The position numbers were made by a program, and so were the translations under genes. From contig JBAYLD010000002.1 of NCBI GenBank assembly GCA_041664265.1, forward strand, positions 35,505-99,504: a DNA stretch of 64,000 nt, written 5' to 3'. The stretch is from Minisyncoccota bacterium (GTDB taxonomy: Bacteria; Patescibacteriota; Minisyncoccia; Phycocordibacterales; Phycocordibacteraceae). Numbering within the stretch: the first letter of the stretch is position 1; each line of letters begins with the position of its first letter. The notes under the pieces were generated by a model, which worked only from the letters and a program-made list of their open reading frames with translations, made no database searches and was not told where the DNA came from. Below are positions 20,112-29,974 of the stretch, one piece after another.

Positions 20112-20221
20112 GACATTTCACCTCCTTCCATTTTATTTAACCCAACTAATTACAAGTTATGGATGGGCGTAAAATAGAAAGGGTGCACCATTACTGATGC
20201 ACCCCACTTAATCCAATAAGA

Positions 20222-21316
20222 TCATGGCGTTCGGATTCCGCGAAGCGGTTCCTCCCCAAAGGTTAGGAACCACAGACTTCGATAATCCTCCCAAACCAAT
20301 GGTCTCATGCTTGTTCCGACAAACAGCTGTTCCAGAATCTGCCTTGCCTCAAGATAATACTCAAGGCGATTGGCTTCTGGATCTTTAAGAGTTGCCTCAT
20401 GGTACTTATGCATTTGCAGAGTATTGATGGTAGGGAACTTGTTAATGTGATCCTTGAAGCAACCGAAGTGGTACTCCATCACATCCAATGGTTCCGTCCC
20501 GACAATGTAGGCGAAATTCACTTCGTACCCTAATCCTCGCGCGAAATCCATGGATTCGCAGGCGTCTCGGAGACTGACCGCCCTCTTCTCCTTTCGCAAC
20601 AGACCTCGACGTTCGAACGTTTCTAATGAGAAGCAGATGCCAAATGGCTGAATCTCGGCGATACTTCTCAACCAATCTTTGCTTATGATCTGCGAACCGA
20701 GATAAAAGATCTTGCCAACAAACTTGTATTCCATCGAGACCTTCTTTAAGGTACGAAGAAATCGGCAAAGATCTTCGCTATTTTCATAGCAACCGGTCAC
20801 AATCGAGATCTGCACCAGATGAGACAAGTCGGTCAATCCGTACTTGGACATCCACCCTTCAAAGAATTCTCTCAGATCGAAGTCGGTTATCAGTTTCTTC
20901 CTATCATAAGGAACCTGATATGCCGCATAACAGAACTTGCAGCCGTGGCATGAAGTTCTGGAATTCGGATTGATATTGAGCGATGTCCCTTTCCTCCGTG
21001 GATAGTGGGAATCGCAAATATCTTCAGTCGGTCCTATCGCCTGTCCGATAACCGTATTCTGCAAAAGCAGAATATTATTGTCGACTACAGTGAAGGGACT
21101 CTCCTGATTAATCGGCAACGCGAAGTAATAATCAAGTTCCTCTCGCTGTTTAGCGTAATTAAACAGATTGCTGTCGGCCAAATGAAGGGCCATCCGCATC
21201 CTGTTGTAATCACACTCGAAGTTAACACCGTTGATGTTAAGAGCGATGAACAATACATCTTCCAGAGGTATGTTATACCTCTCCGCAAGCCGCACAACCG
21301 TGTTGATTTCTAACAT
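20222..21316 (-). CDS. hypothetical protein with CxxCxxC motif (possible Fe-S enzyme), unknown family
   Basis: 364 aa; SCHGCKFCY is not the canonical radical-SAM CxxxCxxC; no other motif recognised. Confidence 0.45.
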   Translation of the reverse strand: MLEINTVVRLAERYNIPLEDVLFIALNINGVNFECDYNRMRMALHLADSNLFNYAKQREELDYYFALPINQESPFTVVDNNILLLQNTVIGQAIGPTEDICDSHYPRRKGTSLNINPNSRTSCHGCKFCYAAYQVPYDRKKLITDFDLREFFEGWMSKYGLTDLSHLVQISIVTGCYENSEDLCRFLRTLKKVSMEYKFVGKIFYLGSQIISKDWLRSIAEIQPFGICFSLETFERRGLLRKEKRAVSLRDACESMDFARGLGYEVNFAYIVGTEPLDVMEYHFGCFKDHINKFPTINTLQMHKYHEATLKDPEANRLEYYLEARQILEQLFVGTSMRPLVWEDYRSLWFLTFGEEPLRGIRTP

Positions 21317-21319
21317 GAC

Positions 21320-22168
21320 TCATAATCCTCCTTTTGAATTTGTCACTACCTCGAGGAAATGATTCCTTCTTTGACAGATGATTAGAGTAGTCAGTACCGG
21401 TACCGAGATAGCGCCGTGCCGTTTAACGATTTCTGAGATGTGTCCAAAGAATCTTGAACGCTTCTCTTCCTCGACTTCAACGATCTTGGGAAAGGTATTG
21501 AGTAGTTTCGGATATGTCTGATCGTCATAGTTGTACACGGTCAGATATTTCCTCAAGTAAATCGGGTAGAACAAGGGATTTGCGACAACCTCTTGTTCTC
21601 TGTGATTTAACTTCAATAACACACCCTCATTCACGTTGTTTACAGTCGATTCATCGGGATAGACATCCGGTAGAAACTCATGATAGGCGTTGTTGATTTC
21701 AGCAGTAACCGATGAATCGTCCTGAAAGAAACTATTCCAGACCAGGATGAGATGACCCGACTTATTGAGCACATCGGAAACTTGTTTGAACTTGTCCCCC
21801 TCGCTCAACCAATGAAATGCTGTGAAGGCCAGAATCGCGTCAAACTTTTCCGCAACCCGGAAATTCTCGAATGTATCCTCGATAATCTCGACATTCTTGA
21901 ACGAACTCGTCTGTTCCCTGGCAATTGCTGCCAGACGTGCGCCCGGTTCGATAGCAACAATATGACAACCGAGCTTAGCAAGCTCGATGGTCGCAATGCC
22001 ACTGCCAGCTCCGATTTCCATTAAACGAGAACTACCATCAATCCCACATTGCTCTTTGATATCTGAGAACAGCGCAACCGGATATCCCGGACGAACTGAA
22101 TGATAATTGTCAGCATATACGTCAAATGACGCATTGAAGATATTTTTCCCTTTGAACATCATAGTCAT
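21320..22168 (-). CDS. class I SAM-dependent methyltransferase
   Basis: motif I LMEIGAGSGIAT; 4-nt overlap with upstream gene. Confidence 0.7.
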   Translation of the reverse strand: MTMMFKGKNIFNASFDVYADNYHSVRPGYPVALFSDIKEQCGIDGSSRLMEIGAGSGIATIELAKLGCHIVAIEPGARLAAIAREQTSSFKNVEIIEDTFENFRVAEKFDAILAFTAFHWLSEGDKFKQVSDVLNKSGHLILVWNSFFQDDSSVTAEINNAYHEFLPDVYPDESTVNNVNEGVLLKLNHREQEVVANPLFYPIYLRKYLTVYNYDDQTYPKLLNTFPKIVEVEEEKRSRFFGHISEIVKRHGAISVPVLTTLIICQRRNHFLEVVTNSKGGL

Positions 22169-22749
22169 TCTCCTTTTATGGTTGATTGATGTAAGAACTG
22201 CATGAACCGATCTTTAACATCGACCAATTCTAATGGCCGACGGAAGTCACGGCGTCCACCGAGTTCAATTTTTGCAACAATGAATCCCGGTCCTTGCCTG
22301 AAATGCAATATAGCACGCCTTAGATCTTTCTGATTATTTACCACCTGTACATACCGATAACCAACAGTAAGTGCTAGTTGATCGAGATGAGCGGAATCAG
22401 ACATTGATTTTTCTTCGTTACAAGAACCATAAGCACTATTATCAATAACGATATGAAGCAAATTTTCAGGTTGCTTATTGCCTATCGTTACAATAGAGCC
22501 AAGATTCATCAACAAACTTGCATCACCATCAATTATTACCACCCGCTTAGTGGGGCACGAGATAGCTAATCCCAACCCAATTGATGATGCGAGTCCCAAT
22601 GAACCGGGAACATAGATATTTCTGACTGAGTCGAATTTTTCGAAAACCTCTCGAGAAATCAACCCCGTTGTTGAAATATTGACTGTATCCGCCGGATCAA
22701 TCACTCTCATAATGGTTTCAATTGCTTCTTTTCTTTTCATCTTTGCCAC
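22165..22749 (-). CDS. TPP-dependent 2-oxoacid decarboxylase, beta subunit (ComE / phosphonopyruvate decarboxylase C-half-like)
   Basis: TPP-binding IDGDASLLMNLGS...N motif. Confidence 0.65.
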   Translation of the reverse strand: MAKMKRKEAIETIMRVIDPADTVNISTTGLISREVFEKFDSVRNIYVPGSLGLASSIGLGLAISCPTKRVVIIDGDASLLMNLGSIVTIGNKQPENLLHIVIDNSAYGSCNEEKSMSDSAHLDQLALTVGYRYVQVVNNQKDLRRAILHFRQGPGFIVAKIELGGRRDFRRPLELVDVKDRFMQFLHQSTIKGE

Positions 22750-23276
22750 CCCCTCTTTAGTAACAAGAATGTAGGAAGTTTGACCTTACGCATTTTTTGG
22801 AACATTGAAGTGACAAGTATCGGTATGTCTTGCCCTCCAAAAACCACAAATGGTAAACCAAATGACCGAAGCAAAGCTTCAGTTGCCCCACCTGTTGTTA
22901 AGTGTTGCACCGCATCTTCACCCTCGCATCCACGATAAGATACCGTAAAAAAGACCGGGATCTTATAAGGAACAAGTAGAGACGCAATGTCGTTTGAAGC
23001 AGCGAAAAGACCGGAGTTTTGCATATAGACGATGGGAGTTTTGCCAGCAAAGTATGCGCCAGCCACTAACCCAACGGCTTCAGACTCGCGGTTAGCAGAC
23101 ACATGAAGCATCTTAGGCTCATCAATAAAATTCTTAATGATATGCCTTAACACTCCACATGGAACTCCAGATACAAAATCGACACCAAATTTTAAGAACT
23201 GCTGGTGCATTTGATCTGCTTTTTCGCTACGTCTTCCATCCAGCACATTGAATACACTTCCTTCATCTGTGTTCAC
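22737..23276 (-). CDS. TPP-dependent 2-oxoacid decarboxylase, alpha subunit (ComD / Ppd N-half-like)
   Basis: GVDFVSGVPCGVL pyrimidine-binding domain; GTG start with RBS AAAGGAGGAAAT. Confidence 0.65.
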   Translation of the reverse strand: MNTDEGSVFNVLDGRRSEKADQMHQQFLKFGVDFVSGVPCGVLRHIIKNFIDEPKMLHVSANRESEAVGLVAGAYFAGKTPIVYMQNSGLFAASNDIASLLVPYKIPVFFTVSYRGCEGEDAVQHLTTGGATEALLRSFGLPFVVFGGQDIPILVTSMFQKMRKVKLPTFLLLKRGWQR

Positions 23277-23329
23277 GTTTATTTCCTCCTTTTTATTTTA
23301 TTTAGTATGTCAAAGAGCCCCTGTCTTCC

Positions 23330-23365
23330 TTGAGAACATCTCAAGGGCGGTTGCATTTTATCATT
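23330..23365 (-). promoter_or_regulatory. candidate promoter TTGACA-N17-ATAAAA (with TG) for the decarboxylase/MT sub-operon
   Basis: minus-strand TTGACAAATCTAATAATTAAATGATAAAAT in the 141-nt gap after the ABC gene. Confidence 0.35.
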
Positions 23366-23418
23366 TAATTATTAGATTTGTCAATACATTGCTCTGTTAT
23401 ACAAAATGTGTTGATATT

Positions 23419-25239
23419 TTATTCATGCAATCCTATATGCAACTCATAGAGATGACGATAGATGCCTCCTTCGATCAGCACGAGATCATCGTGGCTACCG
23501 CTTTCAGCAATATGACCTTCCTTTAGAACGAGTATCTTCCCCGCCTTGCGTACCGTCGAGAGTCGATGCGCGATGATGAATGTTGTGCGATTGTGCATGA
23601 GCTTCTCGAGTGCACTCGTAACGAAACGTTCGGTTTCTGAATCAAGTGCCGAGGTCGGCTCGTCAAGAATGAGAATCTCTGGATCACGTAAAATTGCGCG
23701 CGCAATGGCGATTCTTTGCTTTTGCCCCACCGAGAGTTTAATACCGCGCTCGCCGACGAGTGTCTGATATCCATTCGGCAAATCTGTGATGTACTCATCT
23801 ATGTGTGCCTCGCGTGCGGCGTGTGCAATTTGTTCTTCTGTTGCATCAAACATCCCGTAGCAAATGTTGTTACGAATAGTATCATTGAAAAGCGCAACTT
23901 CTTGCGGGACGACAGCGATGCGTGTACGCAAGTCAGTAAGGTCCCAATGGCGTGTATCGAGACCATCAACCATCACACTGCCTGCACTTGGGAAATAATA
24001 TCCAGACACTAGCGAGACGGTCGTACTCTTCCCTCCGCCGGACTCGCCGACGAGTGCGATGACTTCACCTGGGTTAACAGTAAATGACATGTTAGAGAGC
24101 ACCTCGGCCTGATCGGCGTCATAATGAAACGAAACATGATCAAACGCGATTCGCCCTGAATGTTCAGTCGGTACTGTGGCGGTAATGGGGTGATAATTTT
24201 CTTCTTTCTCGTTAAAAACTCTTTCGAGTTGGCCAGCTGCGGTCAAACCATTCTGGACCATCTGCCAACTTTGACCGAGAGCGACAAAAGGCCCAAAGAA
24301 CATGAGAGCATACCCATTCAGAGCGATAAGCTCTCCAACGGTCATTGAGCCATTCGCTACTGAGCTCGCCGAAGCAACAAAAACGGTAAGCTGTGTGAGA
24401 AATACAATAGTACGTTGAAAGAATCCCGCATTGCTCCATATTCGGTCAAGGGAATGCCAAAGCTGGCCAGTTTTCCCTGCGAGATTTTTCTGCACCTTGG
24501 CAATCTCGTACTTTTCTGCGGCTGCCTGCTTTACTGAAGCAACTTGTTGTACTGCTGCCGCTGCATCGTCCCAATATTCATTCCACGATTCATGAGCGAT
24601 GTGATCAATTGTGGCAACCGGTCGTAACATAAATACGAGTACCACGCCATAGAAAAGAACACCGGCTGCTAGCACACCAGCCATCGGAAGACTTATTGTT
24701 GCCGCAAGAATAATGCCGATTGCAACCGAGAGGAGTTGCGGCCCAATCTGAATTGCGTTCTGCATGATCGACGAAATGCGCCATCCTGCCATACTAATCT
24801 TAGAAAGTACCCCGTTTATGTGTTCATTGGAGTGATATGTAAGCGGAAGTTTGAAAAGATGAGCGAATCCTTCGGTCTGAATAGCAAGATGGGACTGCAC
24901 ATCAATCGTGCGACGTTTGCGATCCATCACCCAGTCGATGCTATTTGCCACAACCTGAATGACCGCCCAAATAGCGAGCATGAGTGCCCAAAATGGAAAT
25001 GTGCCGCCGTTTGTTTTTCCTTGCGAAAGACTGATGAGCGCATCAAAAAATCGCCCAGTGATGTAAGGTACTGCGCCATTAGCAACTGCAGAAATAAAAC
25101 CAAGAAAACCAAGTACAAAAAATTCGTTACGATAACGGCGAGTGTGCCGCCAGATACCTCGTATACCCTCGCGCATAGACACCGGCTCTGTCCTTATTTC
25201 TTCAACTGCATCCTCGTCGGAATCCTTAATATCGATCAT
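23419..25239 (-). CDS. ABC exporter, fused permease + ATPase (MsbA-like type I)
   Basis: six N-terminal TM helices; Walker A GESGGGKST; signature LSVGQKQRIAIARA; Walker B ILILDEPTSALD. Confidence 0.85.
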   Translation of the reverse strand: MIDIKDSDEDAVEEIRTEPVSMREGIRGIWRHTRRYRNEFFVLGFLGFISAVANGAVPYITGRFFDALISLSQGKTNGGTFPFWALMLAIWAVIQVVANSIDWVMDRKRRTIDVQSHLAIQTEGFAHLFKLPLTYHSNEHINGVLSKISMAGWRISSIMQNAIQIGPQLLSVAIGIILAATISLPMAGVLAAGVLFYGVVLVFMLRPVATIDHIAHESWNEYWDDAAAAVQQVASVKQAAAEKYEIAKVQKNLAGKTGQLWHSLDRIWSNAGFFQRTIVFLTQLTVFVASASSVANGSMTVGELIALNGYALMFFGPFVALGQSWQMVQNGLTAAGQLERVFNEKEENYHPITATVPTEHSGRIAFDHVSFHYDADQAEVLSNMSFTVNPGEVIALVGESGGGKSTTVSLVSGYYFPSAGSVMVDGLDTRHWDLTDLRTRIAVVPQEVALFNDTIRNNICYGMFDATEEQIAHAAREAHIDEYITDLPNGYQTLVGERGIKLSVGQKQRIAIARAILRDPEILILDEPTSALDSETERFVTSALEKLMHNRTTFIIAHRLSTVRKAGKILVLKEGHIAESGSHDDLVLIEGGIYRHLYELHIGLHE

Positions 25240-25283
25240 CTAGGCAGTATACACCTCGGTTCTTCGAGCAGAAACGAAGAATA

Positions 25284-25769
25284 TTATAGCGTTTCCTTCA
25301 GCGCCAACGCCCGTTCAATATAGCGTTCGCCATCCTCTCCCCAATCAAAATATTGCTTGATGTCTTTCGGGTCTATGAGTTTTATTTCGGTAACATCGCC
25401 GTCGGGATCTGAGACGAATTCCCCTATCGGTTCAACAATACAGACGGAACGGGTTTGTAGGGTTCGATCCGGCTCGAAGGCCTCCAAATAACCAAAAACC
25501 TTTTGCTTTAGGACGCGCATATTTGTCTCTTCAAACACCTCGCGCACAACTGCTTCTTCAAAGGTTTCGCGGGGTTCTACTCCACCTCCGGGCGGTCCCC
25601 AGGATTTTTTCTCTTCAGCGTACACAACAACGAGCTTGTCGCCACAAAAACAATAGGCGTGTACTCCCTTTATTTTTTCTCCATTCAGCTCTTCAGGCGA
25701 ATCAATATCGCGGTACACAAATGGTATGGTTTGTTTGTCGCGGTTGGTTAGTGTTGAGTGAATTTCCAT
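25284..25769 (-). CDS. NUDIX hydrolase (paralog of 45200-45697)
   Basis: GPPGGGVEPRETFEEAVVREVFEETN Nudix box; ~75% identical to second copy. Confidence 0.75.
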   Translation of the reverse strand: MEIHSTLTNRDKQTIPFVYRDIDSPEELNGEKIKGVHAYCFCGDKLVVVYAEEKKSWGPPGGGVEPRETFEEAVVREVFEETNMRVLKQKVFGYLEAFEPDRTLQTRSVCIVEPIGEFVSDPDGDVTEIKLIDPKDIKQYFDWGEDGERYIERALALKETL

Positions 25770-25953
25770 TTTGCGAATGATTATACTTGATAACTATAAC
25801 GGTAGCGATTTAAGAGCCGGCCGCTTAGTTTTCCTCTTTCGGCCACCTCGCGGGACTGTTCGACGGTCCGGCGGCGGAAGTTCAATAGTGAATGTAAAAG
25901 GAATACCTTTACCCCTGTCTCCAAAATATTGGTTCATATGGGACAAACGATTC

Positions 25954-26541
25954 CTATTTTGAGCATATGATATGGGCATTTTCGCTTGTTTCGGGTAAGA
26001 AATCAACTACGCGCCGTATGAAATTGAATCCGGCATCATTCGTGTATTCAATTTCAAAAATGTCCGGATACGAAACCGTAAAGAAAAAATCCTTTGGGAA
26101 ACCGAATTGCTGGACACAAAACTCACTCAGCACCGTCCCGTGTGTACTAACCGCGACCGCACTCGCAGGATGTCTCTCGGCTATTTTCTTTAGCGTCGAA
26201 AAAAAGCGATGATTCGCTTCATCGATACTCTCACCGCCTTTGAATTTAAAATCTCTGTTCCCAACAATTTCTGTATGGAAGAGCGCTGCGTCGCCACGGT
26301 AGTCGAGCTCAACAAGCCCACTGTCTTCTATGGCAGGGAGCGATACCTTCGCGGATAATGGGGCGATCGTCTGTAACGCTCTCGGTAAGCGAGAACTATA
26401 CAGACAATCAATCGGTTGTTCCCAGAGATCGGCCATCTGTACGGCTTGAGTCGTGCCGCGCGACGAAAGATCGATATATCTGTTGGTGGCAGAGTCCCGA
26501 GTGTATTCAACGGACGCATGCCGTATGAGAAACAGCCGCAT
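25954..26541 (-). CDS. histidine phosphatase family protein (phosphoglycerate-mutase-like)
   Basis: LIRHAS catalytic RHG-type motif near N-terminus. Confidence 0.6.
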   Translation of the reverse strand: MRLFLIRHASVEYTRDSATNRYIDLSSRGTTQAVQMADLWEQPIDCLYSSRLPRALQTIAPLSAKVSLPAIEDSGLVELDYRGDAALFHTEIVGNRDFKFKGGESIDEANHRFFSTLKKIAERHPASAVAVSTHGTVLSEFCVQQFGFPKDFFFTVSYPDIFEIEYTNDAGFNFIRRVVDFLPETSENAHIICSK

Positions 26542-26604
26542 AAGGTAATTATACTATGATATTGAATAGATGTCGAGTCTGCGAGATGTGCTAGGCTTCA
26601 GGCT

Positions 26605-27798
26605 ATGAGTCGCCGCATTCTACTGGTGGCAGACTACGGCGCCCCGTATATCGGCGGCATGGAAATTCATGCCGAAGAGTGCGCCCGACATTTTGAGCAG
26701 CGCGGCGATCTCGCTGGAGTATGTCTCATGCCTCTTGCCGACAGTGTCGACGCGCTCCCCCACTTTCAAAAAAGTACATCGCTCTGTGCGCCGATCACGA
26801 AGCTCTCACTGTCCTCGATCTTCACGCCTGAAGAACTCGAACACGTTATCACGGATAACGGAACTATGGACGACACCGTTCTTTTTTTTAACAGTGTGTA
26901 TTGGGTGCGCATTCTTGGGGATTTGAAACAACGATTCCCTTCTTTAAAGATTTTCGTCCGTTCGGGTGGCAACGATATCTTCCAAGCTCGCGTCGAAGGC
27001 ACGGGCGACACTCTGAAAGAACGCCAAGCGTACATTGTTCAGCAGATCACGTCGTATGCCGATGGCCTCATTGTCAACAGTGCGTTTAGCCGGCAACGCC
27101 TCGCCATCCTCGGTATTCCGGAAGAACACATGTGCGTTGTTTCTGGAGGCGTAGACACTTCACGATTCACCCCAGCCGGCCAAGAAGAAAGAAATGCCGT
27201 AAGAGAAACCCTCGGATTACCGAAGAATCACGTTATTGTTCTCGCTGTATGCCGCTTAGTGCCCTTTAAGGGCATGGAGCAAACGCTCTCGATCCTGAGT
27301 CGCCTGCAAACGCAAGCTACTTTCCTTTATCTGATAATCGGAGACGGCCCAGAACGCGCATCGCTTGAACGCCACGCACAGCAAATCGGGATAGAAAAAC
27401 AGGTTCGATTCCTTGGTGTAGTACCTCATCAAACCATACCGGACTATTTTCGAGCCGCAGATGTCTACGGTTATTTCCCAAGGCTGGAAACTATGCACGA
27501 GTCAGGAGGCACGTACGTGCACACCGAGACGATGGGTCGCAGTTTCTGTGAAGCGATGGCGGCAGCGCTGCCGATAGTTTCTTCGCATGTGGGCGGCATA
27601 GAAGAGATCGTGCGCACGGGCGAGCACGGTTTCTTGACTCAAGACGTGCGCACGGGCGAAGAAGAACGAGCGCTCGCGCAGCTTATAGACGATCCACTTC
27701 TCCGCAAGCAGTTCGGTGAACGGGCACGCCAGCATGCTACGGAACACTATTCATGGGAAGCCGTCTGTTCAAGCTACCTAAGCTTTTTCTCACTATGA
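26605..27798 (+). CDS. glycosyltransferase family 1 (GT4-like)
   Basis: C-terminal E-x7-E region HESGGTYVHTETMGRSFCEAMAAALPIV. Confidence 0.7.
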   Translation: MSRRILLVADYGAPYIGGMEIHAEECARHFEQRGDLAGVCLMPLADSVDALPHFQKSTSLCAPITKLSLSSIFTPEELEHVITDNGTMDDTVLFFNSVYWVRILGDLKQRFPSLKIFVRSGGNDIFQARVEGTGDTLKERQAYIVQQITSYADGLIVNSAFSRQRLAILGIPEEHMCVVSGGVDTSRFTPAGQEERNAVRETLGLPKNHVIVLAVCRLVPFKGMEQTLSILSRLQTQATFLYLIIGDGPERASLERHAQQIGIEKQVRFLGVVPHQTIPDYFRAADVYGYFPRLETMHESGGTYVHTETMGRSFCEAMAAALPIVSSHVGGIEEIVRTGEHGFLTQDVRTGEEERALAQLIDDPLLRKQFGERARQHATEHYSWEAVCSSYLSFFSL

Positions 27799-28910
27799 AG
27801 ATTGCCATTGTCTGTGGAAGAGATATCGAACGGGCGCGCGATACTGATGGAGGTTCAATACTTATTCGGAACCTAGCACATGAACTGCGTCGACAAGGAC
27901 ACGGTATCACGATATACACACCCTCACATGCCTCCTATGGGGGATCCGAGCAATACTTTTTAGACCGCATAGCAATCAGTCAACGCTGGGGCGCATATTT
28001 TGACGACGGGAAGCTCCACAAGTACGACCGCGTGTATATATTCCACGTCGCGAACACATTCGGCCTCTTCGAAGGAAATCGTTGCCCTCTCTCGCGCACG
28101 GTGCTCTTCCCCATGCTCTTGGGAGCGTTTTACCGCCTCTTTCAGAGCGTTCCCCCAGAATATATACGGGCTGAAAAGGAGGCGCTGAAAGCGGCTCATT
28201 ATATCGCCACTCCATCTGCCGCCGAACAGGATGTATTAAGGGATTTTTACCATGTCCCTAAGGAGAAGATCTTCATCACGCGCCGCGGCTATGACCCCTC
28301 GATTTTTAAACCGCTTCTGCGGACACATATTCCCAAAGACCGACTCGATATCGTGTGTGCCAATGCACTCAAACCGCAAAAAGATCAGCGATTCTTTGTT
28401 GACCTTGTCGCAACGGCACGCGAATACATACCGGAAATAGTCATACACCTTGCCGGCATCGGCGAGATGAATGGCAACGCAGGGTACGGAAACTACGCAC
28501 GAGCATTGAAACGAGAAGTGGCCGAGCGCGGCCTTACGCCGCACTTCATCTTCCATGAACTTTTGTCCCAGTCTGCAGTGAATAGGCTCATGCAGGAGTG
28601 TCACCTCGCGTTCTATCCCTCTCGCACAGAAACGTTTGGCAAGTCCGTTCTCGAAAGCGTCGTGACGGGGCTCCCCACTATCGTGCTCAACGACGTTCCG
28701 GCTTATGACGAATTCCTCGAACATGCTTATACCTGCATAAAAATCACGCGGTCAGCGACGGCGGCATTCGAAGCTATTGAGACGTTGCGTACTGATCCGA
28801 AGCGCTATCGCGCGCTAAGCGAGAATGGCATCGCCATTGCGCCCCGATTCACTTGGGAGCGGGTGGTTGCAGATTTCCTACACGACTCTGAAGCGCGTAT
28901 AGGCTCCTGA
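27795..28910 (+). CDS. glycosyltransferase family 1
   Basis: ETFGKSVLESVVTGLPTIV; start MKIAIVCG overlaps upstream stop (ATGA). Confidence 0.7.
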   Translation: MKIAIVCGRDIERARDTDGGSILIRNLAHELRRQGHGITIYTPSHASYGGSEQYFLDRIAISQRWGAYFDDGKLHKYDRVYIFHVANTFGLFEGNRCPLSRTVLFPMLLGAFYRLFQSVPPEYIRAEKEALKAAHYIATPSAAEQDVLRDFYHVPKEKIFITRRGYDPSIFKPLLRTHIPKDRLDIVCANALKPQKDQRFFVDLVATAREYIPEIVIHLAGIGEMNGNAGYGNYARALKREVAERGLTPHFIFHELLSQSAVNRLMQECHLAFYPSRTETFGKSVLESVVTGLPTIVLNDVPAYDEFLEHAYTCIKITRSATAAFEAIETLRTDPKRYRALSENGIAIAPRFTWERVVADFLHDSEARIGS

Positions 28911-28983
28911 CCGCCGAATTGCATTTGCCGCCTGCGGGCGTATTATCGCGATAGAAAACTAAAACGACAAAAGGAGGTGTCCC

Positions 28984-29898
28984 ATGTGTTCTTTGAAAGT
29001 TCTGAAGATTGATCTCATCAACCGTTGTAACGCAGCTTGTCCCTTCTGCCCGTATCACGCCGCACGAGTGCATCAAGCACCGCTCTCGCGATTGTCTATA
29101 ACCGACGTGCAAGGAATCGTTCTCGGTTGCAGGCGATTGGGGATCACCCCCCAGTTTAAATTCTCGGGGCGAGGCGAGGCGACGGTCCATCCGGATTTTC
29201 CTGAGATGGTACGACTCGCTAGTGCAGAAGGGTTCCAGACAAGACTCATCACCAACGGCCTTCTGCTCCGTACGCACGCTTCGGTACTCGCCGAGTGCGG
29301 TACCGACGTCGTCGTATCGATCCACGGCAATGAAGCAACTCATGATGCGGTGATCGGTAAGCGCGGAGCGCTCTGCCTCGCGGAGGCCGGTATCGAAGCA
29401 GTGGCGGCTCGCGGTGCATCAGTGACCGTCGGGATCATCCTCACGCCGGATACCATCGAGGATCTGGAGGAGATCGGAGCACGCTATGCATCTCAAGAAA
29501 AAGTGCGCGTGCGCGTTCATCACAACTTCGACACGCACGTTCGAGAGTCGCTGTCACCGCACGCGGTACAAGCGGCACTTGCCCGACTCAAAGAGCGGTT
29601 TCCGAACATCCGTACCGTTCCCCATGTACCTGAAGAGTTGTTGGATCGTTATTACAGCACGAACGGGTTCGTACTCCAGCCGCACGCTTGTACGCATTTT
29701 ATCGAGGAGGTAGAGATCTCTTCTGACGGTATGGTGAGCGTGTGCGGAGCCGCTCCCTTCGGCAACATACGCAACGAGCCGTTCGAGCATCTTGTAGCAA
29801 GCAACTCACGCACGTCCTTTATGGCGACTATCGCAGGCGAGCTGCGATCTGCCGATGGGCTCGCAGCGACGCGCTGCGATCGCTGCTGCTACCAGTAA
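28984..29898 (+). CDS. radical SAM protein with C-terminal Cys-rich auxiliary-cluster domain
   Basis: CNAACPFCPY CxxxCxxC; C-terminal Cys cluster ending CDRCCYQ; RBS AAAGGAGG. Confidence 0.75.
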   Translation: MCSLKVLKIDLINRCNAACPFCPYHAARVHQAPLSRLSITDVQGIVLGCRRLGITPQFKFSGRGEATVHPDFPEMVRLASAEGFQTRLITNGLLLRTHASVLAECGTDVVVSIHGNEATHDAVIGKRGALCLAEAGIEAVAARGASVTVGIILTPDTIEDLEEIGARYASQEKVRVRVHHNFDTHVRESLSPHAVQAALARLKERFPNIRTVPHVPEELLDRYYSTNGFVLQPHACTHFIEEVEISSDGMVSVCGAAPFGNIRNEPFEHLVASNSRTSFMATIAGELRSADGLAATRCDRCCYQ

Positions 29899-29900
29899 CC

Positions 29901-29938
29901 ACACTTCCCCGCGCACCACGGGGAAGTGTTTTTCGTTT
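29901..29938 (+). terminator. rho-independent terminator
   Basis: ACACTTCCCC-GCGCACCAC-GGGGAAGTGT then TTTTTCGTTT. Confidence 0.75.
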
Positions 29939-29966
29939 GACGCGTGCGCACCTTCCTCGTACTGTA
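29938..29966 (+). promoter_or_regulatory. candidate promoter TTGACG-N17-TACTGT for rel-like gene
   Basis: located between terminator and ATG at 29975. Confidence 0.35.
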
Positions 29967-29974
29967 TCTACTAT

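Noticed and set aside
19302-25239. Calling the AT-rich operon a phosphonate biosynthetic cluster
   Set aside because: A Ppd/ComDE-like decarboxylase is present, but no PEP mutase (EDKxxxxxNS motif protein) is encoded in or near the operon, so the phosphonate assignment is unsupported.
25771-26006. Two overlapping 63-70-aa ORFs in the NUDIX / histidine-phosphatase intergenic region
   Set aside because: They overlap each other on opposite strands, lack RBS and lack motifs, so they are probably non-coding spacer.
27257-27275. Palindrome GTGCCCTTTAAGGGCAT inside the GT1 gene
   Set aside because: It is a single occurrence and short, plausibly chance within coding sequence. It is unrelated to the three repeat families.
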